DNA of 63,687 nucleotides, filler included, from Octopus bimaculoides (taxonomy: Eukaryota), in NCBI RefSeq assembly GCF_001194135.2. It is 5 parts of 5 records of this genome, joined end to end, with 100 filler letters (N's around TTAATTAATTAA, not from the genome) between each part and the next. Parts side by side here need not be neighbours in the genome. Positions count along the whole stretch, not along the records: positions 33,243 to 56,497 come from NC_069005.1; positions 56,598 to 61,871 come from NC_068991.1; positions 61,972 to 63,687 come from NC_068982.1; 2 more parts are not named here. One strand, given 5' to 3'. The notes under the pieces are model-generated. The model was not told the DNA's origin. It was given only the letters and a program-made list of their open reading frames with translations, and searched no databases. Position 1 is the first letter of the stretch. Every line of letters starts with the position of its first letter. This document shows positions 53,200 through 63,687 of this stretch, in pieces. The position numbers were made by a program, and so were the translations under genes.

Positions 53200-54260
53200 C
53201 AATAAGGATGGAGCACTTGCAGAAAACAGCACTGCAGCCGAAGCGACTCGAAACATGCACTCAGTTTATGGGAAAGAATGCTTGAATGAAAGAACTTGCT
53301 GAAGATGGTGTGCAAAATTCAGAAGTGGAGATTTCAGCCTTGAAGATGAAGATCAAACAGGACGTCCAGTTGAGTTTGATGATAAGCTCCTTGAGGTATT
53401 ACTTGAAGAAAATCCTGCATTATCAGTTGAAGAATTGGCAATAAAGCTTAGTCAAACCATACAACTGTTNNNNNNNNNNNNNNNNNNNNNNNNNNNNNNN
53501 NNNNNNNNNNNNNNNNNNNNNNNNNNNNNNNNNNNNNNNNNNNNNNNNNNNNNNNNNNNNNNNNNNNNNNNNNNNNNNNNNNNNNNNNNNNNNNNNNNNN
53601 NNNNNNNNNNNNNNNNNNNNNNNNNNNNNNNNNNNNNNNNNNNNNNNNNNNNNNNNNNNNNNNNNNNNNNNNNNNNNNNNNNNNNNNNNNNNNNNNNNNN
53701 NNNNNNNNNNNNNNNNNNNNNNNNNNNNNNNNNNNNNNNNNNNNNNNNNNNNNNNNNNNNNNNNNNNNNNNNNNNNNNNNNNNNNNNNNNNNNNNNNNNN
53801 NNNNNNNNNNNNNNNNNNNNNNNNNNNNNNNNNNNNNNNNNNNNNNNNNNNNNNNNNNNNNNNNNNNNNNNNNNNNNNNNNNCAGGACAATGCGCGATCC
53901 CACACTGCAAAGATCACATCACGGAAGATCGAAGAGCTTGGTTGGGAAAAAAATTCCTCATCCACCTTATTCTCCCGACCTTGCTCCTTCAGACTACCAT
54001 TTGTTTCGTAGTTTACAGAATCATTTGGGGGACATAACTTTCGCAAGTCAGGTGGAGGTCGAAACTGACATTTCAGAGTTCTTCGCTTTGAAACCAAAAG
54101 AGTTTTACATTAATGGGATTAAAAAGCTTGTAAATAGATGGGAGGGAGTCATAGATAATCAGGGAAAGTACATTGATGATTAAATTTCAATTAAATATAA
54201 CATTTGATCACTTGTTTTCTTTATTCAAAATTCGGACAGAACTTATGGGATGACCTGATA
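53200..54260 (+). mobile_element. Mariner (DD34D) transposon remnant with right TIR; middle lies in a gap
   Basis: STAAEATRNMHSVYGKECLNERTC*RWCAKFRSGDFSLEDEDQTGRP (HTH); QDNARSH / IPHPPYSPDLAPSDYHLFRSLQNHL...YIDD*. One stop and one frameshift (A run near 53948). Right TIR-like end CGGACAGAACTTATGGGATGACCTGA|TA at 54233-54260. Confidence 0.9.
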
Positions 54261-54622
54261 TTACCGCTGCGCTTGAGTGACGCATCACGTTAAATATTGC
54301 GCGTTTGTGAAATAACATAAAAACTGAAATTCAATCGTTTGAATTTAATTTTCGCGAACCCCAGCATTTCGCCCCACGACCAGTAGTTTAAGAAGCGCTG
54401 CTCTAGAGTGTAGCGGAAGACGGGGGTGGATAATTCAGTGGACAGGTGTTGGTAGGGTGATTAAGGAAAGGTCTTATCTGTGGTGATTTAGCAATCTGTC
54501 ATAACAAGATACTTCAAAACGGAACGGTCGACAATCCTTCGTATTTGTCCTGGCTCCTCCTCCGTACACACACTCACTATATAACGCATACAGACAACAC
54601 ACATAACACATACACACATGTA

Positions 54623-54664
<42 letters not shown>

Positions 54665-54842
54665 CATATATGCACACATATACACGCACATATGCACATA
54701 TACACACGGACAGACGATCGTGAACACATAGATGTTACGTGAATTCGCATACACACTTTCGCACACACAAACATACAAAAAAAATTACATACATACATAC
54801 ATACACACAAACACGCACACGCACACATACAGGTATACGCAG

Positions 54843-54883
<41 letters not shown>

Positions 54884-55807
54884 AGGCGTCTTTTGTTTCT
54901 AATTATAGATCGCTTTGTAAATGATGCGGTGGGTGAAAGAGAGATGGAGGTATGTAGTNNNNNNNNNNNNNNNNNNNNNNNNNNNNNNNNNNNNNNNNNN
55001 NNNNNNNNNNNNNNNNNNNNNNNNNNNNNNNNNNNNNNNNNNNNNNNNNNNNNNNNNNNNNNNNNNNNNNNNNNNNNNNNNNNNNNNNNNNNNNNNNNNN
55101 NNNNNNNNNNNNNNNNNNNNNNNNNNNNNNNNNNNNNNNNNNNNNNNNNNNNNNNNNNNNNNNNNNNNNNNNNNNNNNNNNNNNNNNNNNNNNNNNNNNN
55201 NNNNNNNNNNNNNNNNNNNNNNNNNNNNNNNNNNNNNNNNNNNNNNNNNNNNNNNNNNNNNNNNNNNNNNNNNNNNNNNNNNNNNNNNNNNNNNNNNNNN
55301 NNNNNNNNNNNNNNNNNNNNNNNNNNNNNNNNNNNNNNNNNNNNNNNNNNNNNNNNNNNNNNNNNNNNNNNNNNNNNNNNNNNNNNNNNNNNNNNNNNNN
55401 NNNNNNNNNNNNNNNNNNNNNNNNNNNNNNNNNNNNNNNNNNNNNNNNNNNNNNNNNNNNNNNNNNNNNNNNNNNNNNNNNNNNNNNNNGTGTGTGTGTG
55501 GTGGGGGACGGGAGGGGTTTTGGTCATAATGTTGATTGTACTAAATTTACTAAAAATAGGTAATAATGGTGATGATGATGATGATGACGGCGGTGGTGAT
55601 GACGGCAGTGGTAATGGTGGTGGTGGTGGTGGTGGTGGTGGTGATGACGACGACGACGACGACGATGATGATGATGATAATGACGATGATGATGATGATG
55701 ACAATATTGATAATGATGGACGAACTATTCAATCCAGCTTTTTTTTTCTTTCCTTTATTTATTTATCAATTTATTATTATTATTATTATTATTATTTTCT
55801 TTTGCAG

Positions 55808-55979
55808 CATCCAGAATTCGTATCTGACAGTTCCGGTTTCCCATTCGACATAGCACTGGTTAAGCTATCGCAGAAGGCTCAAATCACGTCCGCGGTAGCT
55901 CCCATGGCCCTCCCGGAAAACGCAACCGAGACATTTGTCAACAGGGAGTGCTGGGTTCTGGGATGGGGCTTGACTGACA
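55808..55979 (+). CDS. Internal exon of a trypsin/chymotrypsin-like serine protease (peptidase S1A), containing the catalytic Asp motif
   Basis: Acceptor TTTTCTTTTGCAG| at 55807, donor |GTGAGT at 55980; 172 bp, phase 0 to phase 1. Peptide HPEFVSDSSGFPFDIALVKLSQKAQITSAVAPMALPENATETFVNRECWVLGWGLTD contains HP.F, DIALVKL, and C...GWG. Other exons not found in the sequenced part. Confidence 0.9.
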
Positions 55980-56212
55980 GTGAGTGAAATACTGTTTATA
56001 CTTCCTGCCTGTTCTACCTAACCAAGCTGCCAGTCTATCTGTCTGTCTGTCTGTCTATCTATGTACCTTGTCATTTCTCTACAAGTTTTCTTTTCAAAAC
56101 TTTTGTTGACATATTTCTTTTGAACCACGTGTAACCTTTGACTCCTTCTTTTGTTTTTGTATTCAAAAGGATTTCTTTGAACCAATATTTACACCCTCCT
56201 ATTTATAGCTTT

Positions 56213-56302
56213 ATCAGTTTCGGTGGAATTTGAACTCAGAATGTAACGGTACCGCTAAGCATTTCGCCCTGCGTGCTTACGATTATGCCAGCTCGCCGCC
56301 TT
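56213..56302 (-). mobile_element. SINE family B, head fragment
   Basis: GGTGGAATTTGAACTCAGAATG...CCGCTAAGCATTTCGCCC...GCCAGCTCGCCGCC. Confidence 0.75.
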
Positions 56303-56597
56303 AATATATACATATATATAACCAGCAGAAATTGCAAAGATAATCTGGATCTCGACTGAAGAGAGAAAACTCCGAATGACATGTCCATGTTTTCTTTGTA
56401 TCGTCTATCTGTATGTTTTGTCCCTTTCTTGTATCACCTAACTGTCTGGATGTTTTGCGTTCTTGTCCCATTCTGTATTATATATATATATATATATNNN
56501 NNNNNNNNNNNNNNNNNNNNNNNNNNNNNNNNNNNNNNNNNTTAATTAATTAANNNNNNNNNNNNNNNNNNNNNNNNNNNNNNNNNNNNNNNNNNNN

Positions 56598-56882
56598 ATT
56601 TGCTTTTTTCTTTTTAAATTTGCTGTTTTACCCTAACCCTAACCCTATCACCGATAGAATTGTTTATGTAGTCTGTACTTAATGTATATCGGCTGAATGG
56701 ACGTCAGTGATTGGTTGAAATTACAGAAATACGACAACTTTAACATGGAATAACTTATGGATTTCTTTTTTTTTAAAGAAGACTAAGAGAAAAAGATGTT
56801 TTATATGACACATTCTACCAGTGTTCCAAGTTTCAAAATGTTTCGTTAATGAAAAATGTGGCCCCCGTTTTAAAAAAGATCC
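56598..56882 (-). mobile_element. Second, gap-truncated copy of the 2452-3054 MITE in opposite orientation
   Basis: 56655-56882 is the reverse complement of 2452-2680 at high identity and ends AAAAAAGATCC|TATATATA. It carries only about three CCCTAA units and no TTAGGG arm. Confidence 0.85.
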
Positions 56883-58915
56883 TATATATATATATATATA
56901 TACGTCATTCTTGTCTGCCGACTTATAAACTTCTAGATCCATTCATACACACTTTTACATGGTAGTGCACTGCCCCTGTATTGTGCTAAAAGCCTCTGAT
57001 GAATTTCAGCATCTGACATATCTTCTGACTAGAGAAATCGGATCACTACTTTGTTCTTTTTTGGTACATATTGCTAGTGGAGTGGCCATGCTTACACTGT
57101 CAATCCAGAAACAAAAATGGTGTGATCAGGCTCAAACTTTGATCATGTGACTACAATAGTACCAACTATAAGCACGCATGAACAGAAGGCAGTGTGACAA
57201 TAATAAAATTATGTTATGGTGGAAATGAGGATAATTTTTGACTTCCCCTTGTGTGTATATGCATATGCAAGTGTATTTCTTTGTGAGTGTGTTAGTGTAT
57301 GTGAATATATATAAGTGAATGTATATATGTGAATGCATGAGCATTTCAGTGTGTGTTTGTGTTAGTGTGTGTGCGTGTCTGCCTGTCTTTGTTCCAGTGT
57401 AACAGCCTGTTACTCCCAGAGATAGTTTTCTATAGAAAACAAATGGATAATCAATATAGTCATGTCAACTGTCAGGTGGGGGAAGGAGAGAGAGAGATTG
57501 ACATTATTGAAAAGTTTATTCACCTTACCCTGCTAAGCTCCAGCTACTTTTCCCAGAGAATAATCTGTCTCTTTCTCTTTCTCAGTATCTCTCCCTTTCT
57601 GGTTTTTCCAAGTCTCTTCCTCTTTTCTCTCTCTCCCTGTCTTTTTTTTTTGTATCCCCCTCCCTCTCTCTTTTCTACTTTTCTCTTCTGTGGTGTTGTT
57701 TAGCTCCAGACCAATCCTGATTGAGCAGATGTATGATCTAAGGTATTCCAACCAAGAGCACCCCATCTTTTCAAGGATATCTAGGACTACATTCGCTAAT
57801 GTCCCCTAATGTTATGGTATGATTTTGATGGGTGTTTGGCTACTATTTCTTGCTAATCAGGCAATAGAATTTTCCAAAAGTTTCTTACTCTTGGGGCACC
57901 CTTGAAATACTTAACCCAAGAAACAATACCTATTATAGATATTTATAAATCTCTTTATTAACAGTCTTTGAATGGTTAATCTGAGTCATGAGGAAGGTTA
58001 AAGAAATTTCATTATAACCAACATCTTATTTAGAACAGATTTCCCTTCAATTCTCTGTTAAGAAGTTATTTTTCTCTCTAGAGGCTCCTTACTGTCTACA
58101 AATGCCAGGGTTTCCCTTAGGGAATAAAATATGTAAAATAAAATTATGAATATAGATTAATAACACACCTATACCAGTATGGAAAACAGATGGTAAACGT
58201 CAATGATGATGATGACGATGATGGTGATGATGATAATGATGATGATGATAATGGCACAAAATATATTCACATGAAATTGTCGTTATATTTGGTTGGGAAA
58301 AACAGGTGCACAGCCATCTTTGTCAGCTGGTTCAGTTTTATTTAAGTGGTGAAGTCATGATGAAACATGTTTAGAAATCAGAGCGTGCGCGCGTGTGTGT
58401 GTGTGCGTGCGTGCGTGCATAAATCTTTGTTATACACTCAATGTCAAAAATATGTTTTCTGCACAATTCATTCTGGGCATATATTTATTTTTTGTATTTT
58501 ACTTTTGCTATCATTAGACTGCAGACATGCTGGAGCACTTCCATGAAGGGCTTAGTCAAACAATTTGACCACATAATGTCCAATTTTAAAAATAAGCCTA
58601 TATTCTTGATAAACTGAACTTATACAAAGGTTTAATTATTCAAAATATGATCCCTGAACACCTATGCCTTTCTCCCATTGATTAACAAGGTCATTTATGC
58701 CTCTTCAATAAAAATCCAAAGGTTTGATGCTAAGAAATTCTTGAATTGAGTTTCAACCTCGGTTTTGGAATGGAAAGGTTTTTGCTTCAAAAAAGTGTCT
58801 AGGTGCTTGAGAAAGTAGTAGTCAGTGGTTGAAAGATCAGGAGAATATAGAGGATGTGGTAAAGTCTCATATCCCAAGTCTGTGAGCTTCTGTAGTGTCA
58901 TCCTAGAAATATGCA

Positions 58916-59960
58916 TTATCTACATTTGACGGATATTCGTCCTCATCTTGTTTGTTGTTAACACAGCGTTTCGGCTGATATACCCTCCAGCCTTCGTCAG
59001 GTGTCTTGGGGAAATTTCGAACCTGGGTTCTCATTCCTATCGATGTTACTATTATTATATTATTATTATCAATCAGGTCGCTGCCGTGAATCGAACTCGG
59101 AACCTTGGGGTTAGTAGCCCGCGCTCTTAACCACTACGCCATATGCCCGTGGGCAATTATGGGGTGAATTTTAAGGCTTATAAATCTATTATTTATTTAT
59201 TTATTTTTTTTTTCTATCCTTCCTCAATACCGGTTCCCATATGCTATTCATATCTGCACTCGGTCTGCTTAGGAGGTTGTTGTGTCCTAGCATATGTGCT
59301 GCTTCTTTTAGTTTTCGTATTTTCCAGTGTTGTTCCCTGTCTATTATTTTAACTTCATCCCACAGGGGGAGGTGGTTTCCATTTTTCCATACATGATCAG
59401 CTATACCNNNNNNNNNNNNNNNNNNNNNNNNNNNNNNNNNNNNNNNNNNNNNNNNNNNNNNNNNNNNNNNNNNNNNNNNNNNNNNNNNNNNNNNNNNNNN
59501 NNNNNNNNNNNNNNNNNNNNNNNNNNNNNNNNNNNNNNNNNNNNNNNNNNNNNNNNNNNNNNNNNNNNCTCCTCGTGTCACAGCTTTGCGATGTTCTTCT
59601 ACCCTTATTTTGAGGGGGCGACATGTTTCGCCTTTGTATAACCTACCACAGCTGCATGGGATGGAGTACACGCAGTTTTTTGGTCATATTCTCTTCTGTT
59701 GGTGGTTTTACCCGAAGGAGATATTTGCGAAGTGTTGTATTGCTCTTGAATACTGCCCTGATGTCATATGGGCCGCATATCTTTTGTATCTTTTCGGAGA
59801 GGCCTTTCACATAGGGTAGACAGACTGTAGACACCTGACGAAGGCTGGAGGGTATATCAGCCGAAACGTGTTAACAACAAACAAGATGAGGACGAATATC
59901 CGTCAAATGTAGATAATGTAAATAATGTAAATAATTCCTCATCTCTTAAATATAGAACTG
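58916..59960 (-). mobile_element. 5'-truncated Penelope-like element (GIY-YIG endonuclease end) with inverted terminal repeat and 12-bp TSD
   Basis: VCLPYVKGLSEKIQKI...VKP / VYSIPCSCGRLYKGETCRPLKIRVEEH...IADHVW...IIDREQHWKIRKLKEAAHM matches the Penelope GIY-YIG pattern. 58916-59010 is inverted at 59829-59916. TAGAAATATGCA occurs at 58904-58915 and 59961-59972. Confidence 0.85.
59073..59147 (-). other. tRNA-like Pol III head inside the Penelope-like 3' region
   Basis: GGGCATATGGCGTAGTGGTTAAGAGCGCGGGCTACTAACCCCAAGGTTCCGAGTTCGATTC has A-box (TGGCGTAGTGG) and B-box (GAGTTCGATTC) matches. The acceptor stem does not close. Confidence 0.65.
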
Positions 59961-60119
59961 TAGAAATATGCAGTCGAGCGTTGTCATGGAACAGAATTGG
60001 ACCACATTGGTTAACAAGTGCAGGTCTCATTTTGCTCAAGTGAACATGCATTCCTTCTAGTTGCTTACAGTAAACTTCCAATGTAATTCTCTGGTTAGGC
60101 TCCAGGAAGCTGTAATGGA

Positions 60120-60245
60120 TCACATTAATTTTATTTTTGCATCAAGTCTTTTCAAAACATCAAGTTTAATGTCCACTGTAATCCCTTTATGGTTTCTTTT
60201 TACACTACTGCCTTCATGTCTTCTTGAGGTTTTCTCTCCAGACAT
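60120..60245 (-). pseudogene. pogo/Tigger-like (CENP-B type) N-terminal HTH fragment
   Basis: MSGEKTSRRHEGSSVKRNHKGITVDIKLDVLKRLDAK resembles K.K.ITLE.KL.V.KR. Only about 40 aa. Confidence 0.4.
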
Positions 60246-60771
60246 CTTAAATTGAAGGCAAATCCAACAGTAACAGCGATTAATTATTCACAACAAATAT
60301 GTAGTAAATAAAATTGGCCCAGAAAAGAGTCACTTTGTGAGAGCAGAAAATTGTATCACACACACACGCACGCACGCACACACACACACAGTTGGTTGAT
60401 AGTGGTGATAATGTGTGGTTGCTTTGATTTAGATGTTATTGATTGGTGGGTGGGCATTGTTGGTGTTGTAGTAGTCATATTGTTGCCCACTGTATTAATG
60501 TGGCTGTTTTAGTTTGAAGTCAATCTTCATAGACCTGACATCAAAGACATTTCATTCAACTTTTAAAATACACTAGGATACCACATTGTATGTCTTTATT
60601 TGAAATGGACTTTCTCATCTTCTTCATACTATATATTACTATTGCTGTTGGTGGTCATGTTTGTATTGACGATAGAAGCACACATACATATGTACACATT
60701 CATATATACATACACATACATACATATGTGTGTATATATGTGTATACACACACACACACACACATATATAT

Positions 60772-61070
60772 GTGATGGACTCTCCTGTCAATGATGGTGT
60801 ATGAGCATTCAGTTTTTCCTGAACGACTTGCACAAATGATTTGTTTATAGTGATCAAGTGTTCGTGTCACACATTAGCTCACTCTCTCCATCAAAATGAC
60901 GTTGTCTGAGCAGATGCGCAGTGTACTACGCATCAGGTGTTGAAGTGATTGCTGAGCAACATGAGATGAAGTGTTTTGCTCAAGAACACAATGCACCACC
61001 TGGTCTAGAAATTGAAACCATTATCTTGGGACGGTGAATCCAACACCCTAACCATTAGGCCATGCACCTT
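60772..61070 (-). mobile_element. SINE family C, diverged
   Basis: Homologous to 52685-52975 over head and tail. Confidence 0.7.
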
Positions 61071-62811
61071 CACATACATACATAATATAAATAATATATA
61101 GATATATGCATATATCCATACATATATGTACATACCTACATCTATATGTATACATACATGCATATATGGGTACAAGACATCAAAAAAACGTTAAGCACAA
61201 TGAGAAACGAAAACATAAAAACGAAAACAGAAAACGAACTTTTTTCGAACAACAAAAAAAAACAAACAGAGAAACGAGGCATGCAACATAAAGAGTATAT
61301 CCCTTTGTCAGTTGTCCTTGTTCCATCTTGTTTCAAAGGCAAGGACAATACGCAACTTTGTTGGAATAGTCCTTCCCACAAAGCAAATTAAATAAAATTT
61401 GGAATTTTTTGCAGAGAGTGAAAGTGTTAGGACAGTGAGAACAAGACAGTAAAAACAAGACAGTAAAAACAAATGGTGAGGGCTGTTGAGCTGAGATGAT
61501 AGAAAAATTATTATGAATGCTAAGTGCCATGATAGAAGAGACAGAAAAAACACGTCTGTTCTTTAGGAAGACCAGTGGGCAGAAAGAAAGAACCCTTTTC
61601 GTCATGTGTCAGCGACGAGAGAGCCAAGGAGGAAGAGAAGTAGTGAGAGAGAGAGAGAGGGGGAACGGTGAAAGGGAGAGAAGAATAAGGAAAGGGTGGG
61701 AGAGAAAAACAGAAAGGATGAAGAACAAGAGAGGGAGAGAGCTAGTAGAAGAGTGTGCATTGTAATTATTAAGATAAAACTTACTTGGAAAAGGATGCGT
61801 GGCGTTCGATCATATAATAATATAAATAATATATAGATATATGCATATATCCATACATATATGTACATACCNNNNNNNNNNNNNNNNNNNNNNNNNNNNN
61901 NNNNNNNNNNNNNNNTTAATTAATTAANNNNNNNNNNNNNNNNNNNNNNNNNNNNNNNNNNNNNNNNNNNNAGAGTGGGCAGCAACAAAAAAACCTATTT
62001 GTATATGCTCCACAAGGGAAAACAAGGAACATAGTTTACAATGAGGTGTTATAATCACAACAGCAAGAAAGTATGTACATGATCACCTTCTTTTACGAAA
62101 CTTCATTGACTTTCATATATTTATATTGATATACATATATATACGTGTGTTTGGGTGCGTGTGTGTATATACATCTCTATATATAAAGATGATGCGTAGT
62201 CTAGACGGCGTTTTTAGATTTCATTATTCTCTTTAACCCGGGCAACGCATGGTATTTCTGATAGTATGTTATAAATGCTGTACAACAAGGTCGCGGATGA
62301 TGTTGATTCCAACTTGAAAGTCATTTCACTTTATTTAGGCACGTCTTGGATCACGTATGAATATGACGGTCAAAACATTGATGCATTGAATATTGTTGTT
62401 CTAGATACATTCTCTGAAAATAAAACAGGATAGGATGGGTACGGATGGAACATTCTGTCCCTAGATCTGTTGATCAGAGCTGAAATCTTAGTAAAATTAC
62501 AACAAACTGATGTTTGCTTTGATGACAAGTACAGTTGATCGGAATAGGGAGACTAGTTGAGGACTGGTGGCGTAGATCCTGTTCTATTCGACTCCACTTC
62601 AACAACAGAAACCAAGACCAGATGCTATTCGATCCGTTCGTATGAACGTTGCAAATGAACTAGAGGTTTGTGGTTCGTATTCTATTTACCAACACTGTTC
62701 TGCGTCGGAGTCCTTGTCTCTTCATACTCGCTGGAACTCTCCACTTTGATGTATTTCTTCTGAATCTTCACGTTCTGGGTTCATCAAATCCCTACGAGGC
62801 CAACATTCTCT

Positions 62812-63687
62812 TCCATCTCCTCCTCTTTCTCCTTCTCCTCCTCTTCCTCCTTCTCCTCCTCTTCCTCCTCCTCCTCATCATCCTCATCATCATCATCATC
62901 CTCATCCTCATCCTCATCTTCATCTTCCCCTCCTCATCCTCCTCCTCCCCCTCCTCCTCCTCGTCCTCCTCCTCATCATCATCATCCTCATCCTCATCAT
63001 CCTCATCCTCACCATCCTTATCCTCATCCTCATCCTCCTCCTTCTCATCATCATCCTCATCCTCATCATCCTCATCCTCATCATCCTTATCCTCATCCTC
63101 ATCCTCCTCCTTCTCATCATCATCATCATGCTCATCCTCATCCTCCTCACCTTCTCATCCTCATCCTCCTCATCCACCTCATCCTCCTCATCATGCTCAT
63201 GCTCATCCTCCTCCTCCTTATCATCCTCCTCCTTATCATCCTCATCCCCCTCATCCTCATCCCCCTCATCCTCATCCCCCTCATCCTCCTCCTCATCCTC
63301 CTCATCCTCCTCCTCATCCTCATCCTCATCCGCCTCATCCTCATCCTCCTCATCCTCATCCTCATCCTCATCCTCCTCATCCTCATCCTCATCCTCATCC
63401 TCCTCATCATGCTCATCCTCATCCTCGTCATCATCCTCATCCTCCCCTCCTCATCCTCCTCATCCTCCTCATCCTCATCCTCATCCGCCTTATCATCATC
63501 CTCATCCTCATCCTCATCCTCATCCTCCTCATCATGCTCATCCTCATCCTCGTCATCATCCTCATCCTCCCCTCCTCAGCCTCCTCATCCTCCTCATCAT
63601 CATCCTCATCCGCCTCATCATCATCCTCATCCTCATCCCCCTCCTCATCATGCTCATCCTCATCCTCGTCATCATCCTCATCCTCCC
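62812..63687. repeat. Compound (CAT/CCT) trinucleotide-based satellite with higher-order units, running off the window end
   Basis: Almost no G on the + strand. The block CATCATGCTCATCCTCATCCTCGTCATCATCCTCATCCTCCC recurs at about 63405, 63530 and 63646. Confidence 0.9.

Larger units (their letters stand above)
58690..60135 (-). mobile_element. Mariner transposase remnant split by the insertion at 58916-59960
   Basis: IHYSFLEPNQRITLEVYCKQL...ILFHDNARLHIS (59961-60123) joins in frame to RMTLQKLTDLGYETLPHPLYSPDLSTTDYYFLKHL (58695-58915) once the insert and one TSD copy are removed. Confidence 0.85.

Noticed and set aside
62812-63687. Acidic D/E-rich protein on the minus strand
   Set aside because: The frame switches between D/E and M/R readings, and the D/E frame stops shortly after leaving the repeat (ENVGLVGI*). 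No supporting splice evidence.

Overview
AT-rich, repeat-saturated eukaryotic DNA from a gapped draft assembly. The SINE families and microsatellite load suggest an octopod cephalopod; this is pattern recognition, not a database result. There is no prokaryotic gene structure and no CRISPR array. Almost all ORF-track entries are microsatellite or N-gap artefacts. The only convincing host coding sequence is one internal exon of a trypsin/chymotrypsin-like (S1A) serine protease at 55808-55979 (+). The rest is intron/intergenic DNA holding three tRNA-derived SINE families, MITEs, and fossils of hAT, Tc1, mariner, RTE, R4/Dong-like and Penelope-like elements. The most interesting signals are: (1) a type I hammerhead ribozyme with an intact canonical core at 25021-25082, plus several degenerate hammerhead-like motifs; (2) a Penelope-like GIY-YIG element with inverted hammerhead-like termini, a 12-bp target duplication and an internal tRNA-like head, splitting a mariner; (3) an 8-bp-TSD MITE carrying a (CCCTAA)n(TTAGGG)n palindrome. 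SINE and fossil boundaries are approximate (by eye).
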